DNA from: Candidatus Poribacteria bacterium
Lineage (GTDB): Bacteria; Poribacteria; WGA-4E; PCPOR2b
Direction: 5' to 3'
NCBI GenBank assembly: GCA_003635265.1
Contig: PYIZ01000010.1
Location: forward strand, 151,177-215,176
DNA: 64,000 nt
The position numbers were made by a program, and so were the translations under genes. The notes below the pieces were generated by a model. The model did not search any database. It worked only from the letters and a program-made list of their open reading frames with translations, and was not told the DNA's origin. This document shows, one piece after another, positions 63,997-64,000 of this stretch; position 1 is the stretch's first letter; each line of letters begins with the position of its first letter.

Positions 63997-64000
63997 GTAG

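Overview
This is 64 kb of bacterial chromosome at roughly 50% GC. By eye I found no rRNA, tRNA, CRISPR array, transposase, integrase or phage genes. I support 56 intact protein-coding genes and two gene remnants.

Gene content: dispersed paralogues of soluble oxidoreductases and sugar or organic-acid tailoring enzymes dominate.
- 5 Gfo/Idh/MocA oxidoreductases
- 3 intact phytanoyl-CoA dioxygenase (PhyH) genes plus 1 remnant
- 3 xylose-isomerase-like TIM barrels
- 2 aldo/keto reductases and 2 MDR dehydrogenases
- 2 tandem enolase-superfamily genes
- single SDR, FAH, TPP-enzyme, Ldh_2, 2-hydroxyacid dehydrogenase, RraA-like aldolase, GGT and PuuD-like amidotransferase genes

Housekeeping genes sit among them: mutS, hisA, bioB, a eukaryote-type class I fructose-bisphosphate aldolase, a polyprenyl synthase and HIT. 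Long minus-strand runs at 10.2-20.3, 21.3-32.9 and 35.4-42.0 kb look like operons.

Non-metabolic modules:
- a doubled nfeD-nfeD-floA-floA membrane-microdomain operon
- a DUF2089 zinc-ribbon/HTH gene followed by a minimal sigma54-type AAA+ activator with no DNA-binding domain
- an acyltransferase-3 membrane protein with embedded ankyrin repeats
- a stand-alone dsRNA-binding-domain protein
- orphan hicB, orphan gspG, an orphan NuoE-NuoF fusion, and a Uma2 endonuclease with a repeat tail

Intergenic DNA is unusual. Two ORF-free regions are very long (578 and 753 bp) and carry near-consensus sigma70 promoters. At least five families of short hairpin or heptamer repeats recur across the window.

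I recognise no known defence system. The best candidates for something undescribed are the DUF2089/AAA+ pair, the promoter-bearing long non-coding regions, and the mosaic repeat families.

The gene repertoire plus the ankyrin repeats resembles PVC-type or Poribacteria-like marine or sponge-associated genomes. That placement is inference only.
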